Part shown: positions 45,076 through 60,520 of the stretch, one piece after another
How the letters are laid out: every line of letters starts with the position of its first letter
Position numbering within the stretch: position 1 is the first letter of the stretch
NCBI GenBank assembly: GCA_963666835.2
Contig: CAXXGO010000006.1
Span: 1,920,001 to 1,984,000, forward strand
Reading direction: 5' to 3'
Origin: Phycisphaerae bacterium
GTDB lineage: Bacteria; Planctomycetota; Phycisphaerae; UBA1845
Length of the DNA stretch: 64,000 nt
Translations under genes and position numbers: made by a program
The notes under the pieces: generated by a model
Databases searched by the model: none
Told to the model about the DNA's origin: nothing
Seen by the model: the letters and a program-made list of their open reading frames with translations, nothing else

Positions 45076-47709
45076 TCACGACGTCGCCGAGGGCGCTGGT
45101 GCGGCGTCGGCTGATACAGGCTTAGGTGTGTCGGCCAGGCTCTTCGCCAGCTCCGCGAATTCCTTCTCCCGGGTCAAGAACGCTTCTACAACTGTGGGGT
45201 CGAACTGGGTGCCGGATCCCTCCAGGATGATGGCCACGGATTTATCGTGGGTGAAGGCATCTTTGTAGACCCGCTTGGTGGTTAACGCGTCATACACGTC
45301 CGCGAGGGCGGTGATTCGGGCCGCCAGGGGAATGTCCTCGCCGCTGATTCCCTTGGGGTAGCCCGTGCCATCATACCACTCGTGATGATAATGAGCGATA
45401 TCCGCGGCCATTACTAAGAAATCTACTCCGGGCGTACGTTCGATCAATGACTGGAGCGTGTCAGCTCCGGCGGTGGTGTGCGTCTGCATGACGGCAGTTT
45501 GGTCGGGGGACAGTCTTCCCGGGTGCAGGAGGATATGATCGGGAATCGCGACCTTGCCGATGTCGTGCAGAGGCGCGCTGCGGAGAATGTTGTGCATGAA
45601 GGCGTCGTCGATGGTGTCTCGATACTTCTTCGTCGCCCGGAGGGTGTCGGCGAGCATGTGACAGTACATCGTCACTCGATCGACGTGCAGGCCGGTATCG
45701 CGATCGCGGTGCTCGGCCAGTCGGGCGAGGGCCACCATGATCGAATCAGAAGCCTGATCGTGTGCTTCCCGGCCGTAGATGTCGTGAATGGCAGTGGCGG
45801 CGACTTTCGCAATAAGCTCGACGTATTCGAGTTGATGCGGCTCGAATGGCTCGTTCCCGATTCGGTCGGTTACGTTCAGGACTCCCAGGATCTTGTTGGA
45901 GGCATTGAGCGGGGTGGATATCAGAGGGACGCTGGCGAAGAACGGGGACTTGTAGTCCCTGACGTTAGACTGAAGCTCCGCATCCGTGTTTATAACGAAG
46001 GACTCTCCGGATGCGAAGACCCGCCCGGCGATGGGCTCGCCCAGGGGCACCTCGACGCCCTGTATGGTTTCCTGATTGGCTCCAAGGGATCGGCGGACCG
46101 CCAGGCGGTTACCTTCCGGGTTTGGCAGCATTATGGAGATGCGGCGGCTTTGCAGTACCTCCGCCGCAGCGTTTACGGTATGCTCCAACACCTCATCCAA
46201 TTGATGACTCGCCCCGATGGCACGACAATACTCGACCAAGCAGGCGAGAATTCGAACATGCTCCCCGCGCACACGGTAACTCTCCAAGAGGTTCTGGCGC
46301 TCGCGATGGAGCCCGGCCATCGATCGGACGCGCATCAGTAGCTCCGCGGTGCGAATCGGTTTAGTGAGATACTCGTCGGCTCCGGCCTCGAGTCCGGCGA
46401 GCACGTCATCACCTTTCGATCGGGCGCTCAGGACGATAATGGGGATGTCGCGAGTGTCGGCGCGGGCTTTCAGCCGGCGAGTGCACTCCAGACCGTCCAT
46501 GTCAGGCATTACGACGTCCATGATGATAACATCGGGCAGCGCGGTGTTGACTTTATCGAGCGCGGAATACCCATTGACAGCTTGTTCGACACGATAGCCG
46601 GCCTTCTCAAGGCAGCCGCGGCAGACCGCGCGATTGGTCGGTTCGTCGTCGACGACGAGTACCGAGACGCGGGCGTCCCGGTTCTTGCTTGGCGGGGGGG
46701 GCTCGGGAACGTCCGGGACGGCCTTGGTCGGCGGCTTACTTTCTGAGTCGGACTCCTGGTTTTCAAAGACCATGTTTCGACCGGCCCGCTTGGCCACGTA
46801 CAGAGCGCCATCGGCTCGGCCGAGAACGTCGCCCCATGATCCCGACGCGCCGGTGGATACGCCAAGGCTGATGGTGACTCGATCGCCGCTGGGACTGGCC
46901 GGGTGGGGGATAGCGAGGTTCCAGATGGATTGCCGGACGCGCTCGGCCAGGTTGATCGCCGCTTCAGAATCCGTATCCGGGGCCAGGATTACGAATTCCT
47001 CTCCGCCGTATCGTCCTACGACATCAATGCGCCGGCAAGCGGAGACGATCGCCTCGGCGATTTGCCGTAGACAATCGTCGCCTGCCTGATGCCCCTGAGA
47101 GTCATTGAAGGTCTTGAAGTGATCCACGTCGACCATGATTATGCTGTACGGAAAGTGATGGCGCTGGAAGCGTTCGTGTTCTTCCACGGCGGCCTCTTCC
47201 CAGGTACGCCGGTTGAACAGTTTGGTGAGCGGGTCAAGCCGGCTCAACATCGCTAGCTCGGTGTTGGTCTCGGCGAGCTGCCGGGCGAGCGCCTCCATTT
47301 CCTTGCTTCTCTCGCGAAGCTCCTCCTCGGCCTGGCGTAGCTTGATGTGCGCGGAGACCCGGGCGAGGACTTCCTGCGGTCGGAACGGTTTGGTGACGTA
47401 GTCGCATCCCCCCGCGTCGAAAGCCTTAACGATTTCGCCGGCGTCGGTTACGGCGGTGACGAAGATTATGGGGATTGTGGCGGTCTTGCGTTTCGATTTC
47501 AGGATACGGCACGTTTCCAATCCGTCTCGCCCCGGCATCATGACGTCCAGCAGCAGAAGATCCGGACTATGTTCATTGGCGACATCCACCGCTTGATAGC
47601 CGTCCTCGGCGGCAAGGGCCGCGTATCCGGCCTTCTCCATTGTCCGCGTGAGGATCAGGCGATTGGTGGCATTGTCGTCAACGACAAGGATCGTCGGAGG
47701 ATCGGTCAT
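45076..47709 (-). CDS. Response regulator REC-GGDEF-REC-GAF-HD-GYP (bifunctional c-di-GMP enzyme)
   Basis: Two REC domains (LLLDVMMP, IIMDVVMP), RRID-N5-GGEEF, GAF-like region, LHDIGK...HHEWYDGTGYP. Confidence 0.92.
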   Translation of the reverse strand: MTDPPTILVVDDNATNRLILTRTMEKAGYAALAAEDGYQAVDVANEHSPDLLLLDVMMPGRDGLETCRILKSKRKTATIPIIFVTAVTDAGEIVKAFDAGGCDYVTKPFRPQEVLARVSAHIKLRQAEEELRERSKEMEALARQLAETNTELAMLSRLDPLTKLFNRRTWEEAAVEEHERFQRHHFPYSIIMVDVDHFKTFNDSQGHQAGDDCLRQIAEAIVSACRRIDVVGRYGGEEFVILAPDTDSEAAINLAERVRQSIWNLAIPHPASPSGDRVTISLGVSTGASGSWGDVLGRADGALYVAKRAGRNMVFENQESDSESKPPTKAVPDVPEPPPPSKNRDARVSVLVVDDEPTNRAVCRGCLEKAGYRVEQAVNGYSALDKVNTALPDVIIMDVVMPDMDGLECTRRLKARADTRDIPIIVLSARSKGDDVLAGLEAGADEYLTKPIRTAELLMRVRSMAGLHRERQNLLESYRVRGEHVRILACLVEYCRAIGASHQLDEVLEHTVNAAAEVLQSRRISIMLPNPEGNRLAVRRSLGANQETIQGVEVPLGEPIAGRVFASGESFVINTDAELQSNVRDYKSPFFASVPLISTPLNASNKILGVLNVTDRIGNEPFEPHQLEYVELIAKVAATAIHDIYGREAHDQASDSIMVALARLAEHRDRDTGLHVDRVTMYCHMLADTLRATKKYRDTIDDAFMHNILRSAPLHDIGKVAIPDHILLHPGRLSPDQTAVMQTHTTAGADTLQSLIERTPGVDFLVMAADIAHYHHEWYDGTGYPKGISGEDIPLAARITALADVYDALTTKRVYKDAFTHDKSVAIILEGSGTQFDPTVVEAFLTREKEFAELAKSLADTPKPVSADAAPAPSATS

Positions 47710-47718
47710 AGTCGTTTC

Positions 47719-50304
47719 TCACCCGTTCAGGAGGGAGGCTGCGTGTTTCTCGAGTCCTGCAAGATCCTCGCGGAGTCTCATGAGCAGCGACGGCGCGTCG
47801 CTCAATTGACCATCACGTCCGATTTCCTCCAACCGGCAAGCTGTTTGTGAGGTCTGGGTGGCACAAATGTTGGCCGAGGCGCCTTTCAGACCGTGGGCGG
47901 CGACCCGCAACGCATCAGCGTTAGCGTCAGCGATGGCCGCTTCAAGATCGCCCAAGATCGACGGAATGCCCTGGAGAAACGTTTCCAGGACTTCCTCGAA
48001 CAGTTCGCGATCTCCGCCGAGGCGGTGCAGTGCCTCCGCGGAGTCGATTGGCTCACGAATCTGTGTCATGTTAGCTCCTTCTCGGTACGTGTTACCCTCG
48101 GGAGTCCGGTTCCGATTAGCGGCAACCTCTGCGGGTATAGCTCGCTTGCGCGCGACTGGTCGAGGGTCGTTGCCGCTGACGATCCGGGAGTCTTGTGTGC
48201 CCTTCGGGGAACTTGCTATGTCCGGGGCCGAGTTACCTTCAGGTTCTTCAGCGATACCGAAGCTCAATCGGAAGTGAAAAGTGCTGCCGTGGCCCAGCTC
48301 GCTTTCAACCCAGATCTCTCCACCCATGGCCTCGACGATCTGTTTGGAGATGGTCAACCCCAGGCCGGTACCGCCGAACTTGCGCGTGGCGGCCTCGTCA
48401 ACTTGGGTGAAGCTTTCGAAGATATGCTCTCTTTGTTCGGCAGGCAGACCGATGCCGGTGTCGCGCACGAAGAAGTGTAGTTCCACCCGGTTGGACTGGC
48501 GTTTCTCAACGGAAGCTCCTGCAACGACCTCGCCTGTTTCAGTGAACTTGACGGCATTGCCGGTCATATTGATGAGGACTTGACGAAGGCGTACGGGGTC
48601 ACCGTGGAGTGCGGTCGGGACCTCGGGGTTGACTTCGAAGATCAAATCGATGTTCTTCTCCGCGGCGCGGTGATGCAACAGGTGTTCCACATGCTCAAAC
48701 ACCGTCAGGAGATCGAAGTCGACGGCCTCCAGTTCCAGGCGGCCCGCTTCGATCTTCGAGAAGTCGAGGATGTCGTTCAAGATGCTCAGCAGGGAGTTTG
48801 AACAGCTCAGCACATCGTTCATGTAACCACGCTGTTCCTCCGAGAGGTCGGAGTCGAGAGCCAGCTCCGTCAGGCCGATGATGCCGTTCAGGGGCGTGCG
48901 GATTTCATGGCTCATATTGGCCAGGAAACCGCTCTTGGCCTTAGCAGCCGCTTCGGCCCTATGCATTGCATCGCGGAGTTCGGCTTCAGTACGTTTGCGC
49001 TCGGTAATATCGCGGATTGCAACGATGCGCCATTCGTGGTCACCAAAGACACAGGTCCTGCCGACCACCTCTGCCCGAACGAAGGTGCCGTCGGCTCGAA
49101 CGATGTTGATCTCGTAGGGTTGGGCGTGCCTTTGGCGAATATGCTCCCGCACCAGATTATGGTGTTGGGGAGCGACGACATCCAGCACGTTTCTTCCGAT
49201 CAACTGCTGAGCGTCATAGCCAAGCATTTCGTACGCCGATCGGTTCGCGTCGAGGATGTGTTGTCCATCGTGAACGAGGATTCCTTCGAGCGTCGCTTCA
49301 GCCAATCGTCGGAAACGCTCTTCACTCTCCTTAAGGTCTTCTTGGGCGGCTTGGCGACCGGCAATCTCGCGTTGGAGATTGGCGTTGCTGTTCGCCAACT
49401 CGGCGGTTCGTAGTTCAACTTGTTGTTCGAGATACTCGTGGGCGTTTTGAACCTTTTCCGCGAGTCGGTTGAAGCTTCTGGCGAGAGTGCTGATCTCGTC
49501 GGACCCGCGCGTATCGACGGGGGCAAAGTGGGCTCCATCGGGATCGGCGGCCACCTGCTCGAAGTGCGCGGCGATTCCGGCGAGGCGACGCGATACAACT
49601 GCCCGAAAGACCACGGTGATTGCCGCGACCATTACGATCAAGCCTATCACGACAAAAGCGGATTGCCGGATAGTGTCGGCTGCCACGGTGGCGTAGGCCC
49701 GATCTAACGGGATTGCGATGGTATCCAACGCAATGACGTCACCAACCGGGCGATGGAACCCGCTTTGACTGCCATACTGCGCCAGCAGCGAATCGGGAGC
49801 GTCCTCGGGAACGCCGTGGCATTCGAGACAGCTTTCCTTCATACGCCGGGCACTGAAGTGGGCCAGGTACCTCCGGCCGTCTAAGTCGATCGGCCCGGTC
49901 CAGCGATCCTCGTCGCGATTGTGGTTGAAGTACTCGATCATCCGCAATTCGTCGGGGCTGGCGAGATTGGCGGGGTTCCGCGGGTCATCGGATGAGAACT
50001 TGATGATGTAATCCGGGAATTCGTGGCGGACGTTCTCGAAGATGCTGCGGGCCGCGAACGATGTCGACATGCATTCCGGAATGAAGGTATGTTCGGGCGT
50101 CAGTTCCGCAACCACGGGGCGGACCTTCTCGCCCATGTATTTGCGAATAGCCAGATCGAACTCGAGGGCCAAAGTGGCCTGTTGATTTACGAGGCTGGTG
50201 ATGTGCTCTTGCGTGGCGGTATGCACCTCGAATAACACCAAAGCCGAAACCAGTGCGGCGAAGGCGAAAACCGGAAGCAGAAACTTGGCGGCGATGCCTT
50301 TCAT
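47719..50304 (-). CDS. Sensor histidine kinase: DUF3365-type heme-c sensor, HAMP, PAS, HisKA, HATPase, HPt (no REC)
   Basis: PRNPAN...[39 protein letters not shown]. Confidence 0.9.
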   Translation of the reverse strand: MKGIAAKFLLPVFAFAALVSALVLFEVHTATQEHITSLVNQQATLALEFDLAIRKYMGEKVRPVVAELTPEHTFIPECMSTSFAARSIFENVRHEFPDYIIKFSSDDPRNPANLASPDELRMIEYFNHNRDEDRWTGPIDLDGRRYLAHFSARRMKESCLECHGVPEDAPDSLLAQYGSQSGFHRPVGDVIALDTIAIPLDRAYATVAADTIRQSAFVVIGLIVMVAAITVVFRAVVSRRLAGIAAHFEQVAADPDGAHFAPVDTRGSDEISTLARSFNRLAEKVQNAHEYLEQQVELRTAELANSNANLQREIAGRQAAQEDLKESEERFRRLAEATLEGILVHDGQHILDANRSAYEMLGYDAQQLIGRNVLDVVAPQHHNLVREHIRQRHAQPYEINIVRADGTFVRAEVVGRTCVFGDHEWRIVAIRDITERKRTEAELRDAMHRAEAAAKAKSGFLANMSHEIRTPLNGIIGLTELALDSDLSEEQRGYMNDVLSCSNSLLSILNDILDFSKIEAGRLELEAVDFDLLTVFEHVEHLLHHRAAEKNIDLIFEVNPEVPTALHGDPVRLRQVLINMTGNAVKFTETGEVVAGASVEKRQSNRVELHFFVRDTGIGLPAEQREHIFESFTQVDEAATRKFGGTGLGLTISKQIVEAMGGEIWVESELGHGSTFHFRLSFGIAEEPEGNSAPDIASSPKGTQDSRIVSGNDPRPVARKRAIPAEVAANRNRTPEGNTYREGANMTQIREPIDSAEALHRLGGDRELFEEVLETFLQGIPSILGDLEAAIADANADALRVAAHGLKGASANICATQTSQTACRLEEIGRDGQLSDAPSLLMRLREDLAGLEKHAASLLNG

Positions 50305-50438
50305 CGGTCATCTCCCCCTGTTTTGATTGCCTCCGGTGGAGCGATGTTGCGGACCGGTCTTGATCCTCCCGGGTTGCGGGGGATGCTGATCGGTGGGCCG
50401 AATGACGGCACTGAGAATCGAGGGTCTGATTCCATCCG

Positions 50439-54431
<3,993 letters not shown>

Positions 54432-54530
54432 CCCAAGTTCCGCCGCGTCGCGCAGTCGATCCGTCTACGACCCACCCGTGCGGAACACAGGCACCGTTTC
54501 TTCAAAGCTGCAATATGCTGCTATCAATAC

Positions 54531-54557
54531 TGATCGGCGATCTGGACGGGGGATTCA
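54531..54557 (-). promoter_or_regulatory. Putative sigma28/FliA-type promoter for the kinase operon
   Basis: TGAA-N15-GCCGATCA versus consensus TAAA-N15-GCCGATAA. Confidence 0.35.
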
Positions 54558-54833
54558 GTTAGAGTAGAGTGCGGGAAGAGCCAAGGAGGGCCCTCCGACG
54601 CTCGCCGGCGGGCGCATGAGTCGTGCGGCAGTGGTCTTTCCGAGCAAGCAGTTTCCGTCGAAGCGGCCCGGCGGCGGATTGGTTCCGATAATGGCACTTG
54701 GTTTGCACCGACCGGGCTCTGCCGGCCGCAAGTAGGCGCCGCGTTGCGTTCCGCAAGGTCCGGAATATCGCGGATCGCGACCGGAATACCCTAACACGGT
54801 TTTGCTGTGGTCCGTGCCCGATAAGGGATCTCT

Positions 54834-55775
54834 ATGGCGGTCATTGTGTGTGATAACCTGTTCAAACGCTACGGTCGCTTGGTGGCGTTGCAGGGCATTA
54901 CCACGTCGATGGAGCCCGGCGTGGTTGGATTGCTGGGCCCTAATGGCGCGGGCAAGAGTACGTTAATCAGCGTGCTGTTGGGGCAGGCGCCGGCGTCCGG
55001 TGGGCGGGCCTCCGTCTTGGGGCATGACATCCGACGAGAGCAGCGGGCCATCCGGCGGCGGATCGGATTCATGCCCGAAGACGATTGCCTTATCGCGAAC
55101 CTGACCGGGACGGGCTACGTTTACTACGCCGGACGGCTGGCCGGGATGTCTCACGGGGACGCGATGCAGCGCACTCATGAGGTACTGGATTACGTGGCGC
55201 TCGGGGAGGCGAGGTATCGGCCCGCAGAGCAGTATTCCACCGGAATGAAACAACGGCTGAAGATGGCGCAAGCCTTAGTGCATGACCCGGACTTGATCTT
55301 CCTGGACGAGCCGACCAACGGTATGGACCCGCAAGGCCGGCAGAGCATGTTGTCGTTAATCGTCGATCTGGGCAGGGCGGGGGTGAGTGTGCTGCTTTCC
55401 AGCCACTTGCTTCCGGATGTCGAGAAGGTGTGCGAGCGGGTCGTGATCATGGGGGGCGGGGAGATCCTCAAGACCGGCCGCGTCGAGGAGATGAACAAGC
55501 CGCATCCCACCTTGTACAGCCTGGAAACCGAGGGCGGCGGCGAGGAACTTGTCCGGGGGCTGACCGAGCGACGGGTGGCGATCTTGAATCGTAATGACGG
55601 GATTATCGAAATAGAGCTGCCGGCCGCAGGCACCCAAGCGGTGGTGCTCGAGGCGGTTCGAAAGACCGGTGCCCACTTCCGCGGCCTGTATCCCAAGCGA
55701 AGTTCACTGGAGGAGATGTTCATGGCCGCGCTCCGGCGGCAGGGATCGGAAGCAGCAAAGGCGGCAGTGGCATGA
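54834..55775 (+). CDS. ABC-2 type transporter ATP-binding protein
   Basis: GPNGAGKST, YSTGMKQR, LDEPT, SSH. Confidence 0.93.
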   Translation: MAVIVCDNLFKRYGRLVALQGITTSMEPGVVGLLGPNGAGKSTLISVLLGQAPASGGRASVLGHDIRREQRAIRRRIGFMPEDDCLIANLTGTGYVYYAGRLAGMSHGDAMQRTHEVLDYVALGEARYRPAEQYSTGMKQRLKMAQALVHDPDLIFLDEPTNGMDPQGRQSMLSLIVDLGRAGVSVLLSSHLLPDVEKVCERVVIMGGGEILKTGRVEEMNKPHPTLYSLETEGGGEELVRGLTERRVAILNRNDGIIEIELPAAGTQAVVLEAVRKTGAHFRGLYPKRSSLEEMFMAALRRQGSEAAKAAVA

Positions 55776-56818
55776 GCGACGGCGCAGTTTCCCTTTCGGC
55801 TCCGTTGTCCGGTCAAACGGTGGACAATGGCAATGGCTGCCGGTATCGGCGGTGGCCGGGGTCGTTGGCGTCAGGGCGGTGGACCTGGCTGTCAATCGTT
55901 CGGGCGGGGATTCGTCAGGGGATGCGCTCGAAGTTTGTTCAGCTCATGATCGTGCTGAGCGGGCTAATGGCGCTCGGTGGGGTGGTCGTCTTCTACGTGT
56001 TGAGCCTGCTGGAGGTTGCGGTCGGCACTCCTCAGGCGCGAGCGCTGCAGGAGTTCGTTCAGGCTTTCTTGCACGTAGATGTCCGGGGTGTGGAACGACT
56101 AAGTGAGATCCGCGAGCCGTTGTGGCGCTCGTATTTCATGGTGATGGCTCGGGGGCAACTGTTCTCGGTGCTTTTTATGGTCACCATGATTGGTCCGGGG
56201 CTGGTTTCCCGAGACTTGCGTACGCGGGCTCTGCCGATCTACTTTGCCAAGCCGGTTACGCCGCTGACTTACCTGACGGGTAAGTGGTTGATTGTGGCCT
56301 TCTTCGTGGCGACGGTGACGTTGTTTCCCAATCTGCTGACTTTGATAGCCGGGACGATCGTGACCGGCGGGCTGGCGACGTGGACGCAGACCCTGGGGCT
56401 GGGCATCGATGTGTGCGCGGCCGGGATGATGACGTGTCTGGTGAGTGGTGCCATCATTCTGGCCTTGTCCAGCATCACCTCGGACCACCGCTACGTGGCC
56501 ACCGGCTGGCTTGCAGTTTGTGCTATGTTGGCGATCGCCCAGGCGATTCTCGGCGAGGCTCTGTCGGCCGAAGCAATGCGCGGCTGGCCGGGCTGTCTGT
56601 CGATCGGGGAAGATGTGCTGGTCGTCAGCGAGTGGTTGTTTGGGATCCGCGAGGCGTGGCAGGGCTCGCAGTTGCCGACCGGAGCATTCCAGGATGTGCT
56701 CGTCAGCCCGGTGCGCGTGGGGTACGCGGCGACGGTGCTGGGTGGCTGGACGGCGGCGGGCTTATTCGTGTGTTTCCGACGGATTGTCAAGTTCTCTCGG
56801 GCGGCGGCGAGTGTGTGA
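55772..56818 (+). CDS. ABC-2 type transporter permease
   Basis: Six TM segments, DLRTRALPIYFAKPVT..YL.GK; ATGA overlap. Confidence 0.85.
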   Translation: MSDGAVSLSAPLSGQTVDNGNGCRYRRWPGSLASGRWTWLSIVRAGIRQGMRSKFVQLMIVLSGLMALGGVVVFYVLSLLEVAVGTPQARALQEFVQAFLHVDVRGVERLSEIREPLWRSYFMVMARGQLFSVLFMVTMIGPGLVSRDLRTRALPIYFAKPVTPLTYLTGKWLIVAFFVATVTLFPNLLTLIAGTIVTGGLATWTQTLGLGIDVCAAGMMTCLVSGAIILALSSITSDHRYVATGWLAVCAMLAIAQAILGEALSAEAMRGWPGCLSIGEDVLVVSEWLFGIREAWQGSQLPTGAFQDVLVSPVRVGYAATVLGGWTAAGLFVCFRRIVKFSRAAASV

Positions 56819-56887
56819 TTGTGCCCGTACGACGGAATACAGTGACGCGCGTTTGGCGGCGTAGGTTCCGCAGTGTAGGAAGTGTCA

Positions 56888-57847
56888 ATGGCGGTTGTTG
56901 AGCTCAACCATCTTTCGAAGTGGTACGGCGAGGTCATTGGCCTTAACGATGTCACTTTGGCCATCGAGGGCGGTATCACTGGGCTGGTCGGCCCTAACGG
57001 GGCGGGTAAGAGCACGCTTATGGGTCTGACGATGGGGCAACTCCGCCCGAGCCGGGGCTCCATTCGCGTGTTCGGTAAAGGCGTGTGGGATAATCCCCGG
57101 GTCCTCTCGCGGTTGGGCTACTGCCCGGAAGGAGACCCGTTCTGGCCAAGCCTGACCGGGCGGAGGTTCGTTGTGTTTCTGGCGCGGGCCTCGGGACTGT
57201 CTTTACGCGAAGCTCGCCGGGCTGCCGACCGGGCGATCGAGCTGACCGGCATGACCGAGCACGCGGATCGAGCGATCCGCGGTTATTCAAAGGGAATGCG
57301 GCAGAGAATCAAACTTGCCCAGACGTTGGCGCACAGTCCGGAGCTACTTGTTCTCGATGAACCGTTCACCGGGGCGGATCCCGTGGGTCGGCATGAGCTG
57401 GCAAACCTGTTCCGACACCTGGCGGACGAGGGCATCGACATCCTCGTCTCCAGCCACGTGCTGCACGAGGTCGAGTCTTTGACCAGGCAGATCGTAATGA
57501 TCGACCACGGGCGGGTTGTGGCCCAGGGCGATACGCGCCGCGTGCGCCGCGATATGCACGACCGCCTGCACGCAATTCGCGTTCGCCTCGCCGGTGGATC
57601 GGGATCATCTGACCGAGACGATTCGGGTGTTCGGCGTCTGGCGGTGAGGCTGGCCGCCGTGAAGAGCGTGGCCGGGCTCAAAGTCGTGTCGGCAGACACT
57701 CTGGTGGTGGAAACCGCCGTGCCCGACCAGGTGTACGACGGCCTGCCGGGTTGGGTGCTGGAAGAGAATGTGGCGGTTCGTGAGATTGCGGCCGCCGATG
57801 ACAACCTGGAAGCGGTGTTCGGCTATTTGACTCAGCAGAATCCGTAG
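56888..57847 (+). CDS. ABC-2 type transporter ATP-binding protein
   Basis: GPNGAGKST, YSKGMRQR, LDEP, SSH. Confidence 0.93.
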   Translation: MAVVELNHLSKWYGEVIGLNDVTLAIEGGITGLVGPNGAGKSTLMGLTMGQLRPSRGSIRVFGKGVWDNPRVLSRLGYCPEGDPFWPSLTGRRFVVFLARASGLSLREARRAADRAIELTGMTEHADRAIRGYSKGMRQRIKLAQTLAHSPELLVLDEPFTGADPVGRHELANLFRHLADEGIDILVSSHVLHEVESLTRQIVMIDHGRVVAQGDTRRVRRDMHDRLHAIRVRLAGGSGSSDRDDSGVRRLAVRLAAVKSVAGLKVVSADTLVVETAVPDQVYDGLPGWVLEENVAVREIAAADDNLEAVFGYLTQQNP

Positions 57848-57875
57848 GCGGCGTGTGGAGGCGCCGGGAAGAACC

Positions 57876-58712
57876 ATGGGACCTTTGCTTGCTTTGTTCG
57901 GCTTCACGATTCGCTCGACGCTTCTGGCTCGGAAGCTCTGGGCGGTGCTCATAATGCTGGCTGCCCCCAGTATGTTACTCGTGCTGATCCGGCTGGTGGA
58001 AGAGGACGCGATATCGAAAGGGCGCGAACTCTGGGAGGCCTACCATGTGATGAACCAGTTTCTCATCCTCATGGTGGCGGTTCCGTTGGTGTGTATGGTG
58101 TACGGCGTTTCGCTGATCAGCGCCGAAGTCGAATCTCGCACATTTGTATATCTGGTGACCCGGCGCATGCGCCGGGCGACGGTCTTTCTCATAAAATACG
58201 TTGCAACCGCTTGTGTGCTTGCTCTGCTGTGTGATGCCGGTGCGGTGTCGGTCTACTTCGCGACGTTCTCCGGAGTGGACTTGCCCGTACCGGTCGCCGG
58301 GAATCCGGCGTTGGGCCAATGGAACCCGACTCACGAGCTGATGGTCTACCTGGCCGTGATTCCGGCGGCGGTGTGTGGGTTTCTGGCTTTGTTTGCGATG
58401 GTCGGTCTGCTGGCCCGCAAGCCGCTCGGGGTTTCCGCGTTCTATTGGGTGATGGTCGAGCTAATCCTCTCGAACATGCCGACCGGTGCCCGGGTCTACA
58501 GCCTGCTCCATCCGCTCCGGCTGATGATGATCCGCGAGATGCCCGGTGTAACGGCGCTATACGAGTTGCCGCAGGACCTTTTGAACAGAGTATACCGCCC
58601 GGATCAGAGCGGGTTGATCCCGTTGTTGATTGTGATCCTCGTTTCTGCCGGTATCACCGCCTGGGCGGTATCGGTTCGCGAACTGCTGCCCACGAAAGTC
58701 TCGCAAGATTAA
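57876..58712 (+). CDS. ABC-2 type transporter permease
   Basis: Six TM segments, EVESRTFVYLVTRRMRR..F..KY. Confidence 0.85.
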   Translation: MGPLLALFGFTIRSTLLARKLWAVLIMLAAPSMLLVLIRLVEEDAISKGRELWEAYHVMNQFLILMVAVPLVCMVYGVSLISAEVESRTFVYLVTRRMRRATVFLIKYVATACVLALLCDAGAVSVYFATFSGVDLPVPVAGNPALGQWNPTHELMVYLAVIPAAVCGFLALFAMVGLLARKPLGVSAFYWVMVELILSNMPTGARVYSLLHPLRLMMIREMPGVTALYELPQDLLNRVYRPDQSGLIPLLIVILVSAGITAWAVSVRELLPTKVSQD

Positions 58713-58719
58713 TGCCCAC

Positions 58720-59297
58720 GCAGGGTCGAGGCATGGTATTTACCGCGATGTCTGGTATGGTGGCTTATGATGCGCAGTTGGCATTTCCCGTAGGGCAGGT
58801 CGAGGCACGAGACCTGCCGCGACCTCTGCGCGACGCGAACTTCGGTGGTGCGTCTCGTCCCTCGACACTGCCGGGTGCCATGGTCCACGCCTGCCGGGTG
58901 CGGGTGCCATGGTCCACGCTTGCGTGGCCATGCAGGTTTGTAAGGCCGACTGCGCGTGATTGTGTTAACCTCGTCAGGCGGTAATGGCGGGTGGCAAGCG
59001 TCGCCGGATTGGCATGGTAGACCGTCCCGAAGGGACGAAGGCATATAGCCACGGGTGGATCGCAGCGGGACCCGTGGGTGACGTTCGCCCCCCACGTGCT
59101 CGCGTCCCGAAGGGCCGGGGGACGGTTACCGGCATCGGGTGAGGACGGCGGCAACTCGTAGGGCACGGTCGAGGTACGAGACCTGTCATCAAGGCCGCAA
59201 TGGCTCGAGTTGTACGAATATGTGCCACCTGTGTGTCTCGCTGGACCAGCCCGTCAGGGCGACAGCTCTGCCCAGCCCGCGGCGTCAGCCGCGGGAT
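58720..59297. repeat. Mosaic of REP A (58790-58818, 59158-59187), family B (59022-59118), family C (59247-59297) and a GTGCCATGGTCCACGC duplicate
   Basis: Direct sequence similarity to copies elsewhere in the window. Confidence 0.75.
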
Positions 59298-60478
59298 CGT
59301 GCCGAATCAAGTCCCCGGATGGCCCAGAGGCAGTTGGGGTCGACGCGCAGGGCATGTTCGAAATGATCGCGGGCGGCCGCGGTTCTGTCCATGGCTAACA
59401 GAACTTCCGCCATCAGGCAGTGGGCTTCCACATCGTCGGGGGATGTGGTCAGCAGGTCGTAAAGCGTAGCCGCGGCTGCGGCTGAGTTGCCCCGTTGCCA
59501 TTGAATGGTGGCTCGAACGAGTCTTACCTCCGGATGGTCCGGCTCATGATCTTCTGCCAGGCTGATGGCATATAAGGCCGTCAGGGAGTCGCCGCCGGCG
59601 ATGGCGGCTTTGGCGAGAAGAACCTGGGCGGGCACGTCGGATGGGTGAGACCGGGCGTAGTCCGCCAGAATCCGCTTCGCGGAGCCGTGGTCGCCCGCAG
59701 CCAGATAGCAACCTGCGAGCGTTCGGCGGACCGTTCCGGTGACCTCGCGCCCGCCGTTGCCGCTGTGCAGCAAGGGCTCCAATACGGTAATGGATTCCGG
59801 GCAGCGACCCGTCCGCGCCAGAAGCAGACCGAGTTCCTCCGTGATGAGTGCGTGCCTTCCGTCCGGTACTGCCACCGCCTGATGACGCCGAGCGGCGTCT
59901 TCCACATCTCCCAGCAGAGCCGCGATGTGGGCCGAGAGGATCGCTACCGTATCGTCGTCGTCAATCCCGTTAGCGTTGCGGTCCAGCAGAGCCAACGCCT
60001 CATCCGCGCGATCCAGCGACACCAGACATTCCGCATACGCCACCAGGTAATCCACGTTCGCCGGATCGAGCTCGCAGGCGAAGGCGTATCTTTCCAGAGC
60101 CTCTCGGAGTTGATCCCGCTGTTCCAGGATGACACCTTCGGTATAGACCAAGTCGGCCGACTCCAGCCCCGCCTCGTTGGCCGCGTCGAGGACCCGCTGG
60201 GCGGAGGCCGGCTTGCCGGTTTCGAGGTACGCCCGCGACAGCAGAACGTATCCCTCCGTCGCGAACGGGTCTAGGGCGAGAGACTCAGAGACGGTTTTGA
60301 TGGTTTCGTCGAAGAGCCCGCCCTCGTATTGCTGGCGGGCGAGCTGGAGTTTGACCTGTCCGCGAACCTGGCTCCACTGCTGGGCCACTTCCGCTCGTTC
60401 TTCGGAATGCGTCAGGGTGCTGCAGGCGCCGAGCACCGCGATCAGGCCGATGGCAGCGAATCGTCCGAGTCGTTTCAT
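59285..60478 (-). CDS. TPR lipoprotein (pilotin-like)
   Basis: Lipobox LGAC; many TPR-like repeats; directly downstream of the secretin. Confidence 0.8.
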   Translation of the reverse strand: MKRLGRFAAIGLIAVLGACSTLTHSEERAEVAQQWSQVRGQVKLQLARQQYEGGLFDETIKTVSESLALDPFATEGYVLLSRAYLETGKPASAQRVLDAANEAGLESADLVYTEGVILEQRDQLREALERYAFACELDPANVDYLVAYAECLVSLDRADEALALLDRNANGIDDDDTVAILSAHIAALLGDVEDAARRHQAVAVPDGRHALITEELGLLLARTGRCPESITVLEPLLHSGNGGREVTGTVRRTLAGCYLAAGDHGSAKRILADYARSHPSDVPAQVLLAKAAIAGGDSLTALYAISLAEDHEPDHPEVRLVRATIQWQRGNSAAAAATLYDLLTTSPDDVEAHCLMAEVLLAMDRTAAARDHFEHALRVDPNCLWAIRGLDSARSRG

Positions 60479-60520
60479 GACTAAGGTCTCTTGCGGGGCC
60501 GAGAACCGCAACGACGGACG

